Shown here: in pieces, positions 24,545-47,694 of the stretch
Position numbering within the stretch: the first letter of the stretch is position 1
How the letters are laid out: the number at the start of each line of letters is the position of its first letter
Source: Neocallimastix sp. 'constans'
Lineage: Eukaryota
Direction: 5' to 3'
DNA: 64,000 bases
Assembly (NCBI GenBank): GCA_050613775.1
Contig: JBODTK010000013.1
Location: forward strand, 682,001-746,000
Translations under genes and position numbers: made by a program
The notes under the pieces: model-generated
What the model was told of the DNA's origin: nothing
What the model saw: only the letters and a program-made list of their open reading frames with translations
Databases searched by the model: none

Positions 24545-27500
24545 TTTTAATTAAATCTATATATAGCTCTATATAAAATACTTATTTTATAATATAAAAT
24601 ATAAATATATATAATTAAATCTTTTTTAAAATTTTAAAAATATATATTTAAAATTCAATTATTATATATTCTCTTTTACTATTTGTATGTTATCACATTA
24701 TACTGAAAAGTTAAAGTAATAGTTTTATAATTATAATTATAATAATAATAATAATATAATTAGTAATAGTTGGTAGTAGTGATAGTAGTAGTGATAGTAG
24801 TAGTGATAATAGTATTAGTTATAGTATTAGTAGTAGTCTAAACAAATAATTTATAATTTTTTTTCTTTTACATAATTATGTATTATTTTATAAATTTAAG
24901 GTATGTATATGTTAAAATATTATCATTTTAAGCTTATAATTTAATAATAAAAACATTTTATATGATTATATGTCATATTTCGAGATTTAATAAAATATCT
25001 TCATTATATGAAATATGAAGTTCAAAACTCTTTAAATGATAAATAATAAAAAAAAGTTATTGTTTAAAATAATTTATATATTAATAAAATATAAATATAA
25101 GTTTAATATATTATAAATAATAAATAAATAATATATTTAATATATTTCTTTATATTTAAATTATATATATAATAGAATTCATCTAATGAAAAATAATTTT
25201 CATTATTTCTAATTATCCCAAATTAAAAATAAAAATAAAATTTTCTTATTAATTAATTAATTAATTATTGAAGTTTAAATATTAACCAAAAAAAAAATGA
25301 AAATAAAAAATAAAAAAAATTTAAACTAAAAATATTTAAATTATATAAAACATATAATATATAAATAATATATGAAATAATAAATTTATATTAATGGTTT
25401 TTAATCATACTCGAATCCTTTATTTCGATGAATAATAGATCATTTGGAACTGTATTTTTAATTGTAAATTATTTAATAAAATAGATTTTACCTTTTTTTT
25501 TATTTCTTTTATTGCTGTCTTCTTTCTTCATAATTACTGATGATTAACTGTTATGTTCAATAGAAATTATAAATGTATCTATCATTCATAGACTATAAAA
25601 TTTAAACTCTAAAACACATAATTAATACTTATTAAACTTTTTAAATAAATATTTAACACACTTTTCTATACTAAATAGTTTAACTTTTACTTGGTTATTG
25701 ATTCATTCATTATAAAGCATTAATAAATAAAATATCATTAAATTTTGAAATTCATAATAAAGTTAACATTTTTAATAATAATAAAAAATAAAATAAAAGT
25801 TTAAATAAAACAATTATTATTTGTAAAATATTTTTATTAATATGATAATTATTATTTTTTAGATAATCTTTTTATGATATAATATTTAATAAAATCTTCA
25901 TTATTCTTAAAAATAAAAAAAAAAGTTTCTGAAAGTTTTTTTTTTAATTATTAATTAATTATTATAACAATGGTAAAACTTTTAAAGATATATATTTTAT
26001 TTGTTTTAGTTTTATTATTAATATTTTTACATTCTATTATTATTGTTATTACTTTATTACTTTATAATTGCTAAATACATATATTTATACCATATTTATA
26101 AATAAATCTACTTTTAAAAACAAAATACTTAATAAGTTCTGTTTAACAATTTTTATCTATGTTTTATTAGTTTTTAGTTATTCTATATTGCATTTTATTC
26201 ATTTATTAGTGTTAATAATAAAAGAAAAATTAATATTTATATATTATAGTATCTAAACTAAAAAGTTTTTATTTAATCAAAATTTTTTTTTACATGATTA
26301 TATGCTTCTTTCTATTAATATTAATTATAATAAATTTATTGATAATGTATGATGCAATAAATTTAAAAATATTTGAAATATTTTTAAAAAATTTTTTTTT
26401 TTATATTTTTTAAATTTTTAATTTAATCCTAGTCTAAAAAAAAAAATTTAATTTTTTAATTTTTTTTATTCTATTTTTTGTGTAAGTTGAAAATTTATTT
26501 TGAATCGATTGTAATATATTATAATCATGTATTATTTAATTATATTTATTTTAATCTTTTTATAATTAATAAAAAAAAAAAAAAGTATTGTACAATATTT
26601 CTTTATTTTTTTTTTTTTTTTTGGAAAATATAAATAAATAAATAAATAAATAGATAATAAATACATATATAAATAAATAAGTAAATAAATAGATAAGTAG
26701 ATAAATAAATAAATAAAAATAGATAAATAAATAAATAGATAGATAGATAAATAAATTTCAAATTTTATTAAATTATAATATTTACTATTTTTTGTAATTT
26801 TAATAAAAAATTAAAAAAAGAAATCTTTTATTTAAATACTTTTTTTTATTTTATTTTTATTTTTTTCTTCATTAAAATTTTAGTTTACATTTTAAATTTT
26901 TAAATTACAAATTTATTAAAAAAAGGAATAAAATTATATATATATATCTATTTTTTTTTTTTTGATAAAATTTACTATTTTTTAATTAAATTGTAAATTA
27001 AATTATTTTATTATAAATAAAAAGGTAAAATAATCAAACCTAAAAAAATTATTTTTATATATATCAATAAACTTTTTGGACTTCATGAAATCTTATTCTT
27101 AGCAATGATTAATATTATTTAAAAAAAAAAAAAAAAATTATTGGATTTCATTGTCAATTAATTTCAAAATAAAAGGATTAAAATATTCAAATTTTATATT
27201 TCTAAAGAAGTAAGAATACAATAACAAATTATAAAGGTTTTTACTTATCAGTATTGGATTATTTAAACAATATATAAATATGAATTAATCTTTTATATTG
27301 TGGAAATTGATGGAATATTTTTTTACTCTTTCATTTTTAGTAAATAATCAATATATTTATAAATATATGACAGGAATTAAATTTATAAAAGAAGAACCAA
27401 TTAAAGTTTTAAAATTATCAAAACAATCATAAATAATATTATTTTACTAGTACACATTTGAAATCTCCTAATAACTATTATTATTATTATATATATTTTT

Positions 27501-27731
27501 TTAAATATTGTATTATATATTATTCTATCTTTTTTTTTATTTTAATTATATACATTACAAAACATATTATTAATTATTAATTTAATTCTATTCAATATAA
27601 TAAAACATATTGACTTCACCAAATAGATATAAATATTTTTCTCTCCATGATTAATAAAAATTAAAAAATTGTATTCAATTATTAAAAAATAGAAAAAGAA
27701 AGAATAGAAAGAAAAGAAAAAGAAAAGAAAA

Positions 27732-36268
<8,537 letters not shown>

Positions 36269-36523
36269 AATATATATATATATAAATATATATAAAGAAC
36301 AAAAAAAAAAAAAAACAAATAATAATAATGAAATAAAACTGTAATATTAATTACAATTACATTATGAGAAAAAAAAAAGCTGTAATATTAATTGCAATTA
36401 AATTAAAACAAAACAAAACAAAAAAAAAATAATATCCTCATTAATATATATATATTATAAATATTGAATTATTTTAGTTCATAGAAATTTTTATATTTAA
36501 ATTTTATATCTATTAAAAAATAT

Positions 36524-36560
<37 letters not shown>

Positions 36561-36657
36561 AAAACAAATCAATAATTAGACATTCCATTCAAAATTATAT
36601 AATATATATAAAATAAAATATGTATCTATATATCTATGTTAATTATTTTATTTTTAT

Positions 36658-36706
<49 letters not shown>

Positions 36707-36849
36707 CAGAATTCTATACAATATATAATTTAAAATAAATAAAATAAAAAAAAAAAAAAAAAAAAAAATAAATAAATTAATAATTATTTAATATTACAAT
36801 AATTATTTTTTATTAACAATAATTTATTATGTTTTGTACATTTTTTAAT

Positions 36850-36889
<40 letters not shown>

Positions 36890-37202
36890 CTTTTATATAT
36901 ATATATATATATATACATGTATGAATTAAAAGTTAAAAAAAAAAGGAACAAAAAATATATATATTTAATTAATTATTGTTTCTTTTTTTTAAACTTTTCT
37001 TGAATATTTTTTTTTTTGTATTTTTTATTTTATTTTTTTTTTTTTTTTATTTGATAAATTTATGTATTTTTTATTATTGGAAATAATTGATATCGATATT
37101 ACCAATAGATTTGTATTAAAAAAAAAAAAAAACTTTAAATCGTCAACCTGGGATAGATTATAAAAATTAAAAATTAAGAATTAAAAAAAAAAAAAACGTA
37201 GA

Positions 37203-37233
<31 letters not shown>

Positions 37234-37388
37234 ATAATTATTATTATTTTTTTTTTTTATGAACAAAAAAAAAAATTTAATGAACTTTTTTGTGAGGAAC
37301 AGATACAAAAAAGTATAAAAAAAGCCAATCAATCGATCTTAAAAAAAAAAAAAAAAAACGTCTGAAAACATTAAATCAAAACATTAAA

Positions 37389-38238
37389 TCAACTGTTCGG
37401 CTTGCCAAATCTTGAAAGACTATTCGACTTGCGTAATGATGAAAGACTATTCGGCCTATTCGCCATAATCCCTAATCTCTGCCTAAGTTCTGCTGCCGCT
37501 TCCGCCTTTTTAGCTTCCGCTTCCGCCTTTTTAGCTGCTTCTTCTATCTCTAACCTTTCTCTTTCTTTCTGCTTTTCCATTAAATTCGTAAGATTGTTAT
37601 TAAAAGTTTCTGTTAACTGTTTGTGTTTTCCCATTTCTTCATATATTGATGACATCTTACTTCTCAAATCTTGCATTTGTTGAACTAAATTGGCAACTTG
37701 GGCGCCTTGCTCTTTCCCCTGATTCTCCAATCTTTGTTGCTGTTCTTCCTGTTGTCTTTCCAATAAGGTCATAAGATCTTTATTTGAAGCTTCGGTTAAT
37801 CGCTTCTGTTCTGACACTTTACTGTTTAAATCCTGCACATGCTTCGTCATATCTGCATTTTGCGAATTTAAATTACTATTACATTCCTCCAATGATCGAT
37901 CTTGCTCCTCAACTCTTGTAACTATCAATACCATTTTTCCGTTAAGATCTTGCACTTGCTTCGTCAGATCTGCACTTTGCGAATTTAAATTACTATTACA
38001 CTCCTCCAATGATCGATCTTGCTCCTCAATTCTTGTAAATATCGATGCCATTTTTGTGTTAAGATCTTGCACTTGCCGAATCAACCAATTAACTTGTGAG
38101 TTCAAATTAGTAATTTGACTGTCTGAAACTTCAATTAAGTGTACTACTCCTTCTCTTAACCCTGCATCATTTTCCACTGCGCGATTCGGGCTGTTTTGCG
38201 ACACTCTCTGACGAGTTACTCGACTTATCGAAATACAT
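37389..38238 (-). CDS. Orphan coiled-coil protein with an internal 40-aa (120-bp) tandem repeat; start uncertain
   Basis: An uninterrupted 271-codon frame that is GC-richer than neighbouring exons. Repeats: QVQDLNTKMASIFTRIEEQDRSLEECNSNLNSQSADLTK / QVQDLNGKMVLIVTRVEEQDRSLEECNSNLNSQNADMTK / HVQDLNSK. The first ATG (38238) is out of frame by one base. Confidence 0.65.
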
Positions 38239-40436
38239 CCCCACCCCTGTTTTCTATAGTATTAAAATTCAACTTAAAAACACTGCTAAAACTTACAAAT
38301 CTTAACTTTGATGAATTTTTTTTTCTTTATTTAATTACTTTTAATATAATTATAATTAATATTTAAGTAAAGTATATATACAGTTTATTATTATTATTAT
38401 TATTATTATTAGCCTTTTAAATTTTATACTCTAAATTTCATTATAAATTCAATATTTTCTTTCATTATAAATCCGTTATTTTCTTTTTATTATATACATT
38501 TTTTTTATTCTATTAAGAATATATATTTTTACTTTCTATATATTATTTTTTTTTATAAGTTTATTAGTTTACATTTTACAACGGTCTTTTTTTTTTTTAA
38601 AAATATATATAATATATATAATATATAATATTTAAAATGTGTCTTTTTGTTTTATATTTATTTTAATGATTTCTTAAAAATTAAGTTTATATATTAAATA
38701 TATATATTTATAAATGTATATATTTAGTGGTTAATTTTTTTTAGTTTTATTCATTGGAAAACTTTTTTTTTTATTTTTTTTATATTTTATTTTATTTTTT
38801 TTAATTAATTAATTAATTAATTATTAAAAAGTATTTAAAAGATTTAAAATAAACTTTTATTTTTTTTTTATATTTTTTATTTTTTTATTTTTTATCTATT
38901 ATTATTTTTAATCTATTTATATTAAAAATTATTTATATCAATAATAATTAATTAAAATTTAAATTATTTTGAACGATCTTTATTAATTATCTTTTTAATT
39001 AATATTAAAAAAATTTTATTTTTATTTTTTATTTTTATTTTTTTTGAAATTGTTGAAAAATAAATACATTAAAAAAAAACTAAAATTTGAAAAATTAAAA
39101 ATTAAAAATATATAAATATATATATATATATATATAAACGAAATAAAATAAAAAAAGAATATTGATAAATTATGTATTTTATAATATCTCATTAATAGTA
39201 AGCAATCAATATGCAATAATTCACAAATTGAATTTATTTAAATAAATATATAATAATATATAAATAATTATCATATTGATGTATTTGATATATTTAATTT
39301 TTTAAATTTTTTTTTAATGTTTTTTAATTTCATAAAAATAATTTTTTTTTTTTTTTGGTTTTTTGGTTTTTATTTGATTGAAGATGAAACAGTTTAATAG
39401 AAAAAAAAAAAAAACAATTTAATAGATTAAAACTAAAGAATTATTATTATATTCTAAAAAAAAAAAAAATTAGTATAAACAAAGTTATATAATTTATATA
39501 ATTTGATATAAATATATTTAATTATTTAGTTATTTATTTATTTATTTATTTAGTTATTTAGTTATTTATTTATTTAGTTATTTATTTATTTATTATACAA
39601 TTTATTCATTAATCAATTCAATTATATATTTATTATTTATTATTAAATTATTATTATAATGATTTATTTATTTATTTAATACATTTATTATTTGTTTATT
39701 TAATTATTTATTTTATTATTTAATTTATTTATTATTTATTTATTTATTTATTTTAATTCCATAATTTTTTTTTTATTTATTTTTTTAAATTCTTTGTGAA
39801 ATTAATATATAAAATCAAATTTAAAATATTTTTTTTTTTTATTTGTAGATTTTTATTTTTATTTTATATATTTTAAATTTTTTTTTTATCAAAAGAAATT
39901 TATAAAAAAAAAAAAAAAAAAGAAATTAAAATTTAAAAAAAAAAAAAAAATAATAATAATAAAAAAAAATAATAATAAAGTAATTTAATAATATTATTAA
40001 TTTTAATTTATTAATATAATATATAATAAATTAACAATAAAAGTTTAAACAATTGTATCTTAGAAACAATCAATTATTAAGATAGAAAATAAAATTTTAT
40101 TTTTATATACTTAAAGAAAGATTTTTATAGAAAATAAGATAAAAGATAATTAAATAAAAAAATAAATTTTAATTTAATTTAATTTATAGATAATAATATT
40201 TTTAAATATTATCTTTTTTTTATAAAAAAAAGAAAATTTAATTTAAAAAAAAAAAATTATATATTCAAAGTCAATCAGGATATTTTTAAATTATTATTTT
40301 ACAAAATACTTATTATAAATACTTTATATATATATTTAAAGAATATATATATTTATATATAAACTTTGCTTTTTTGTATTTCAATTTGAAAATAAATTAA
40401 AAAACAATTTATTAAATATTTAATCTTTAATTAAAA

Positions 40437-41384
40437 ATGCAGCTCAATAATGATGTAAAACCTGATGATGATAATTCTATGTCTGAATTAAAACAACTTT
40501 TATCAGAAGCCTTAATGAAAAAGGGAATTTTTGGTAAAATTCAGGTAAAATAAAAAAACGAAATAAAACAAATTTAAAAAATAAAAATAAAAATGAAAAT
40601 AAAGATAAAAATAAAAATAAAAAAAATCTATATATATAAAATTTCATTTTAAAACTTTATTAATTTAAAATTTATAAATAAAATCATTAATTATATATAT
40701 AAATAATTTTATTAAACAATAACAATGATAATCATTATTAACATCATAAATTAATATATTATAGGCTGAATTAAGAGCATCAATTTTTTCAATTTTTAAA
40801 GAAAAAGAATTAAAACTTACTTTTATGAGTCAAATTCAAAGAGTAAATGACATAAAATCCACTGTTGAAGGAAAATTAATGTTTAATTTGATTCTTGAAG
40901 CTTTAGATATTCTTGGATTAACATTTTCAAAATCTGTATTATTATCTGAGGCATCTTTAGTAAGTTATATAATATACACATATATATATTTAATATTGAA
41001 TAGTAGCAAATTATTTAAAAATTTATAAATTAATGTTTTTCTAAATAAATGTTTTTTTTTAAAATAAATGATTTTTTAACTAATACAAAAATAGTTGGAT
41101 GTTGCGGTTTCACCAAATGCTTTAAAAAATCAATTGAATTTAGAAACCGAAACTGAAGAAAAAAATTCTCCAGTATTACTTCAATTATTAAATACTTTAA
41201 ATGTACAGGATATTAATTTAGAAGATTATATAATAAATGAAGTAAATGTTTTTTTTTTCAATATAAATTTTATATATATATATATAAATTATATTTTAAC
41301 AAAATTATAAAATATTTTAAATAGAAACAATCAAAAGCTGATTCGTTTGAATTATTTAAACAAAAACAATTAAATTTAAATGTT

Positions 41385-41460
<76 letters not shown>

Positions 41461-41648
41461 TTTTATACAATTTAAAAAAAAAAAAAATAATAAAAAAAGA
41501 TAAAGCCTCTACAAGTAAAAATGAAGAAACTCCAATAATTATGACAAGTGAAATGAAAACTGAAAAAAGTATAATGAACTTTGAAATAAAAAAAAAATAA
41601 AAATATAATAATTATGAAAATTAATAATAATAATATCTAATTTTTTTT

Positions 41649-41686
<38 letters not shown>

Positions 41687-42474
41687 TATCAATATTTATT
41701 AATGTATTTTATTTTATTTTACTTTATATTTTATTTTACTTTATTTTATTTTATATAATTATTTTTTTTATTAATTAATTAGCTATTGATGACTTCAAAA
41801 ATAGAAATAATGATATCCTAAAAAAATTAGATTCTATTATAAATTTAGATAATTCTCAAAAAGCTAATGAAGAATATACTGAAGATGTTACTAAAAATGA
41901 AAATATAAACTATGAAGAAACTTTTGAGGAAGATGGTGATGAACTTATTGAAGAAGTCAGTTTACTTGATATTCAAAACAATAGTCTCATAAGTAATGAT
42001 GAAATATTGAAAGAAAGTCAAATAATTGATGCTGAAGAAGCCGCAAGATCAATTCATAGTGGAGAAGAGAGTAGTAATGATAATAATTGTAATAATGATG
42101 ATAATAATGAAGAAACTATTTTAACGGATATTCAAAAGGATAATAAAGATAAGAAAGAAGAAGATTCAGAAGTTGAATTTATTTCTGAAGTTTCAAAGGA
42201 TGCTACAGAAAATGCTGGTACAAGTGAAGTTGATCATGAATTATCATCTTCAAAAGAAGATGAAAATAGTACAATAGTGGATACACAAGCAAGTGTCATT
42301 GATGATCCATCAGAAATTCGTAAACAAGCAACAAAAAATTTAATTGATGATATTAAACATAAACTTGATAATGAAACTGATGAAAAATTAGAAAATAATT
42401 CAGAACATGATTCAGAAAAAACAGAACAAATTAGTATTGATAATATTAATGTAAATTCACAAAATATTCGTTAA
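40437..42474 (+). CDS. CEP43: FGFR1 oncogene partner / CEP43-like centrosomal protein (N-terminal FOP dimerisation/LisH region, acidic tail)
   Basis: ELKQLLSEALMKKGIFGKIQ|AELRASIF...STVEGKLMFNLILEALDILGLTFSKSVLLSEA...PVLLQLL fits the FOP-family N-terminus. The exons join through GT-AG introns to an acidic last exon ending at 42474. Confidence 0.75.
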
Positions 42475-42598
42475 AATTACAGCATTATAATGTATATATA
42501 AAAAAAAAACAAAAAAAAAACAAAAAAAAAAAAAAAGAAAAATAAATTTTTTTATTCATTATTTAATATATACACATACATCATACATCCAAAAAAAG

Positions 42599-42638
<40 letters not shown>

Positions 42639-43339
42639 AATATAACAATATAAATGCATATATATATATATAATTTTTTTTTATTTACTATTTATTAAAA
42701 GTCATCAAATTTAATTATAAAAATTACTAATACATGAAATAATTCATTCTAAATAATAATTCAATATACATAAAGTCCATTTAAATTAATTAAATTATAT
42801 AATATTCCATAAATATTTAATCTCATTTTATATTAGTAAATATATTATTTATTATTAAAAAAAAATATTTATTCAGAAAAAAAAAAAAAAAAAAAAAATT
42901 TACTAATTGTAATAAAAAGAAATAATAATAAAATAAAAAATAAAAATAAAAATTAAAAAAAAAAAATATCTTAAATATTTAAAATCAAATTTAATAATTT
43001 TAATTATTACCATCCTAAATAATATTATAAGTTTAATCAAAATAATAATAATAATAAATAATAATAAATAATAATAAATAATAAATAATAATAATAATGA
43101 TTAATAATAATAATAATTATAAATAACATATAGTATAATATTATTATTGTTGTTGTGTAATTATGCAGCTGTATAATTTTATTAGTATTTATAATTATTT
43201 TTTATTAATAACTATTTATGGATGTTATTGAGGCTATAGCTATTTTAGTAATGATTTTATCATTAATTTTAAAATAAAGCTATAGCTATTTTAGTAATGA
43301 TTTTATTTTTAATTTTGAAATAATCATAATATATTTTAG

Positions 43340-43750
43340 AAATTTATTATTTATTATTTATTATTTATTATTTATTATTTATTATTTATTATTTATTATT
43401 TATTATTTATCATTTATTATTTATTATTTATTATTTATTATTTATTATTTATTATTTATTATTTATTAATTCTCTCTTTTTATTATTTATTATTTATTAT
43501 TTATTATTCAATTATTCAATTATTTATTATTTATTATTTATTATTTATTATTTATTATTTATTATTTATTATTTATTATTATTTATTTATTATTTATTAT
43601 TTATTATTTATTATTTATTATTCAATTATTTATTATTTATTATTTATTATTTAATAATAAATACTCATTTTATTATTTTATTATTTTATTATTTTATTAT
43701 TTAATTATTTAATTATTTAATTATTTAATTATTTAATTATTTTATCTATT
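43340..43750. repeat. (TTATTTA)n heptamer satellite
   Basis: Long array of tttatta units with occasional variants. Confidence 0.85.
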
Positions 43751-45399
43751 ATTTTAATTTAGAATAATCAATATCAACATAATTATTGGTTAAGATTTAA
43801 ATATTAATATTAATAATTTACCGTTAATATTATAATTTAATATAGCAATTATTAACATTAACGGTAAATGCATTAAAAAAGTAAAATTGAAATTAATACC
43901 ATTATATCAAATAAAATGTATTAAATAAAAAAAAAAAGTATTTATAAAGAAAAGTAATCAATAATAATTAATAATAAAATAATATTAATGGGTAATAATT
44001 ATTATAATAAATAAAATAATAAATAAAATTAAATATAGAAATCATCATCATCAAATTTTTTGTGGAGATTAAGAATAAATTAAAAAAGAATATATATACA
44101 TATTATTATTATTATTTTAGTTGAATGAATAAAATAAATTATTTTTTTAATAATATTTTAGTCTTATATATTTTTATTAATTTATTGAAAAACAAAAAAA
44201 AAAATTTATATGTGTATATAAATACTTAGCCTTTTTTTAATAATGTACAAAAAAATAAATAAATAAATAAATAATAATTAAAGTTAATAAAATTTAGAAT
44301 CTCTCCATTATTATTTACTCTTAATCATAAAATAATATTAATAAAGTTGACACATTACCAGCTCTAAATTCCTGACTCTAAACAATAACAATAATAATTT
44401 TTAAAAAAAAAAAAAAAAAATACTATATAAATTATAAATATGATATATATATTAAGTTAAAGTTGAGTATTTGATTTATTCAAAGATCACATTTATATAT
44501 AAATCTTTTGAAATAAGATAATAATTTAAAGATTATGTTATATATATATGTAATATATTCATATTATAATTTGAAATAAACATTTTTGCTTTTTTTTTTT
44601 TTTTTTTATAAATAATTATTATTTGTTGAATTGAATCAATATTTTTATTATATATTAAGATTTCATAAAATATAATTAAATATGAATATATATTAAAATA
44701 TATATTAAAAAATTTTCGAGGGAATGAAAAAAAAGTATAAACATGTACATATAAATATATTTATATTATTTATTTATTTATAGATTGGTTAAGTTCTTTT
44801 ATTATTTAAATTTTTTTTTTATTCTCTTCATTTTAATGCGAAGATGCAAAAAAAGATAAAAATATATTAAATTAAAAGTTTAATAAAAAAATTTTTTTTT
44901 TTTTATTTTTTTTTTCCATTTTATATTCAATACAAGTGACTATTTGAAATAAAAACAAATTTATATATATACATGGGATATGAGCACTATAACATTATAA
45001 TAATAATACTATATACCAAATATTAAAACTATCTTTTTTTTTTTTTTTTTTGAAAAATTTATATATAAAAATCAACTATAATAAAAAAGTTTTTTTTTTT
45101 TTTTTAATTTAAATTCAAGAATATATTAACATATATTAAAGAAATGAAACTATAATAAGAAAACAAAAATAAATAATAATAATAAAATATAAATACTTAA
45201 ATATATATTAACAATAAAAAATTATTATAAACTTTGAGGAACTTATTATATGTATTAATCAACCAATTTCTTAATAATATAATTATATCTTATTTTATAG
45301 AAATAACATCGAAAACCAAAAATAAAAAGAAATAAATAAATAAAAGTTTAAGTTTATACATTAGAGCCAAGAATTGAAAATATAATTTATAAAAATTCC

Positions 45400-45430
<31 letters not shown>

Positions 45431-45674
45431 TAAAATATTCAAATTTAAAATTTATTATCCATTTTATTTATTTTTCCTTTTTTTTTTCTTCTTTTTTACC
45501 TTTAATTTTTAATATATATATATGTGTAAATATCTTATATAAATATATATCTCCATACATACTTTTAATATATTCTTATAATACCGAGATATATTTTATT
45601 TTATTTTATTTTATTTTATTTTTTTTCATAAAGAAATTTTAATAACAATAATAATAAAAATTTAATATAATAAA

Positions 45675-46595
45675 ATGTCATTAATAATACGAAGAAATAC
45701 AATTATTGCTGTAACTTCAACATTAATACTTTTATTTATTAGTTTAATGTTTTTAATGTTAAATAATTCAAGTCAAGATTTCTCCATACAATATGACCAA
45801 GAGGTTTCGGATTCTTCAAATATATGGGATCAACTAAAGTATTATTTAAATATGGACTCAACCGGTGAAGAAAAAATTGAAAATAAAGAAACTAATAAAT
45901 ATAATTTACTACATGGTGATGTCATTATGCCAGAATTAGGTGACCCTGTTGTAAGGTAAATTTCAAATTTCTTATATATTATATGCATATATATATTAAA
46001 ATAATAATAACAATAAGAATGAAGATAATAATATAATTATTAAAATAATATAAATTAATTATTTTGGATTTATTATAGAGCTGAATTAGGTCGTGCTACT
46101 TGGACTTTATTGCATTCAATAACTTCAAGATTTCCAGAAAATCCAACTGAAGAGGAAGCTGTAATTTATACTCGATATTTAAAATTTTATTAATAATTTA
46201 TCTATATTTATTACTATTATTAGAAATATAATATAGAAAAAAAAAATAATAATAATTAATTATTATATATTATATTATATAAATATTCAAAATATATAAA
46301 TATAAAAAATTATATTATTATATAAATATATATGTATATATATTTATATTTATATTTATAGGATGCTTTAGAACAATTTATTTTTTTAACTGCAAGGCTC
46401 TATCCATGTGGTGATTGTGCAAAACATTTCCAAAAAATGTTAGAAAAAATTCCATATTCAACAAAAACGAGAGAAGATGCCTCCAAATGGATATGTAACA
46501 GTAAGAATCATTAACATAGATAATCTAAATATATAAATTTATTTTATTTTTTTTTTATTTTACTTAAGTTAAATTTTCCTTATTTTTATTTTTCA

Positions 46596-46627
<32 letters not shown>

Positions 46628-46899
46628 TTTGATATATTTTGATATATTTGTTAATTAATAAATATTATTATAAATGTTAAAAAAAAAAAAAAAAATACAT
46701 TCATACATATATTTATATTAATAATAAATGTATATATTTTATTTATTTTTTATTAGTACATAATGGAGCTAATAAATTTTTAAAGAAAGATATATTCGAT
46801 TGTGATAAAATTCCAGAAAGATGGCCATGTTATAAATGTGAAGAAAGCAATACAGATGATCGTCGATTCACCGATAATTTAAAATTAGATATACTATAA
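45675..46899 (+). CDS. ERV2: FAD-linked sulfhydryl oxidase, Erv2-type (ERV/ALR family, N-terminal membrane anchor); 4 exons
   Basis: An N-terminal hydrophobic helix is followed by IMPELGDPVVR|AELGRATWTLLHSITSRFPENPT...|ALEQFIFLTARLYPCGDCAKHFQKML...WICNI|HNGANKFLKKDIFDCDKIPERWPCYKC. The YPCxxC active site is intact. Confidence 0.9.
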
Positions 46900-47112
46900 A
46901 GTATAAACAAATAAATAAATAGATACAATTAAAAAACAACATTAAATAAAATAATAAAAAAAAAAAAAACATAAACATATATATATGTAATAATAATAAT
47001 AATAATAATAACATTAGAAAAAAAAGTCCATATAACTATACATAGATGAATTTTTAAAGTAATAAATATTTATAATTAATTCAAAAAAAACAAAAAAACA
47101 AAAAAACAAAAC

Positions 47113-47143
<31 letters not shown>

Positions 47144-47249
47144 TAATAAAAATAAAAAGAACTTTACATATATAAAAAAAAAAAACATATTCATTTCTCT
47201 ATTTATCTTTTATTATTATTTTTTTTTTTTCTACTATTATTCCTCTTTT

Positions 47250-47332
47250 TTATTTCTATTTCTATTTCTATTTCTATTTCTATTTCTATTTCTATTTCTA
47301 TTTCTATTTCTATTTCTATTTCTATTTCTATT
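47250..47332. repeat. (TATTTC)n hexamer microsatellite
   Basis: Perfect tandem tatttc units. Confidence 0.9.
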
Positions 47333-47377
47333 TTTATTTTTGTTTATATTACACACTTTATATATAATTGTAAATAA

Positions 47378-47417
<40 letters not shown>

Positions 47418-47454
47418 TTTATCATGAATTATTTAAAAATAATATCAAAAAAAA

Positions 47455-47488
<34 letters not shown>

Positions 47489-47658
47489 CATGATAGAAGG
47501 TAGAAAATAACCATCAAAACTATCCTATAGAATAAAAAATTATATATATATATAGATATAGATAGATAGATAGATATAGATTAAAAATCTATTAAAAACA
47601 CTTTTTTTTTTTTTAAATTATTTTTTTTATTAAATGTATGAGCATTTTATTTATTGTT

Positions 47659-47694
<36 letters not shown>

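Noticed and set aside
27340..27432. YMTGI-containing mini-frame as a second AAA-ATPase-like relic
   Set aside because: Only a 5-residue match; the surrounding sequence does not follow the family.
47237..47425. ORF with an (NR)n dipeptide repeat
   Set aside because: It is the translation of a (TATTTC)n microsatellite with no other coding signal.
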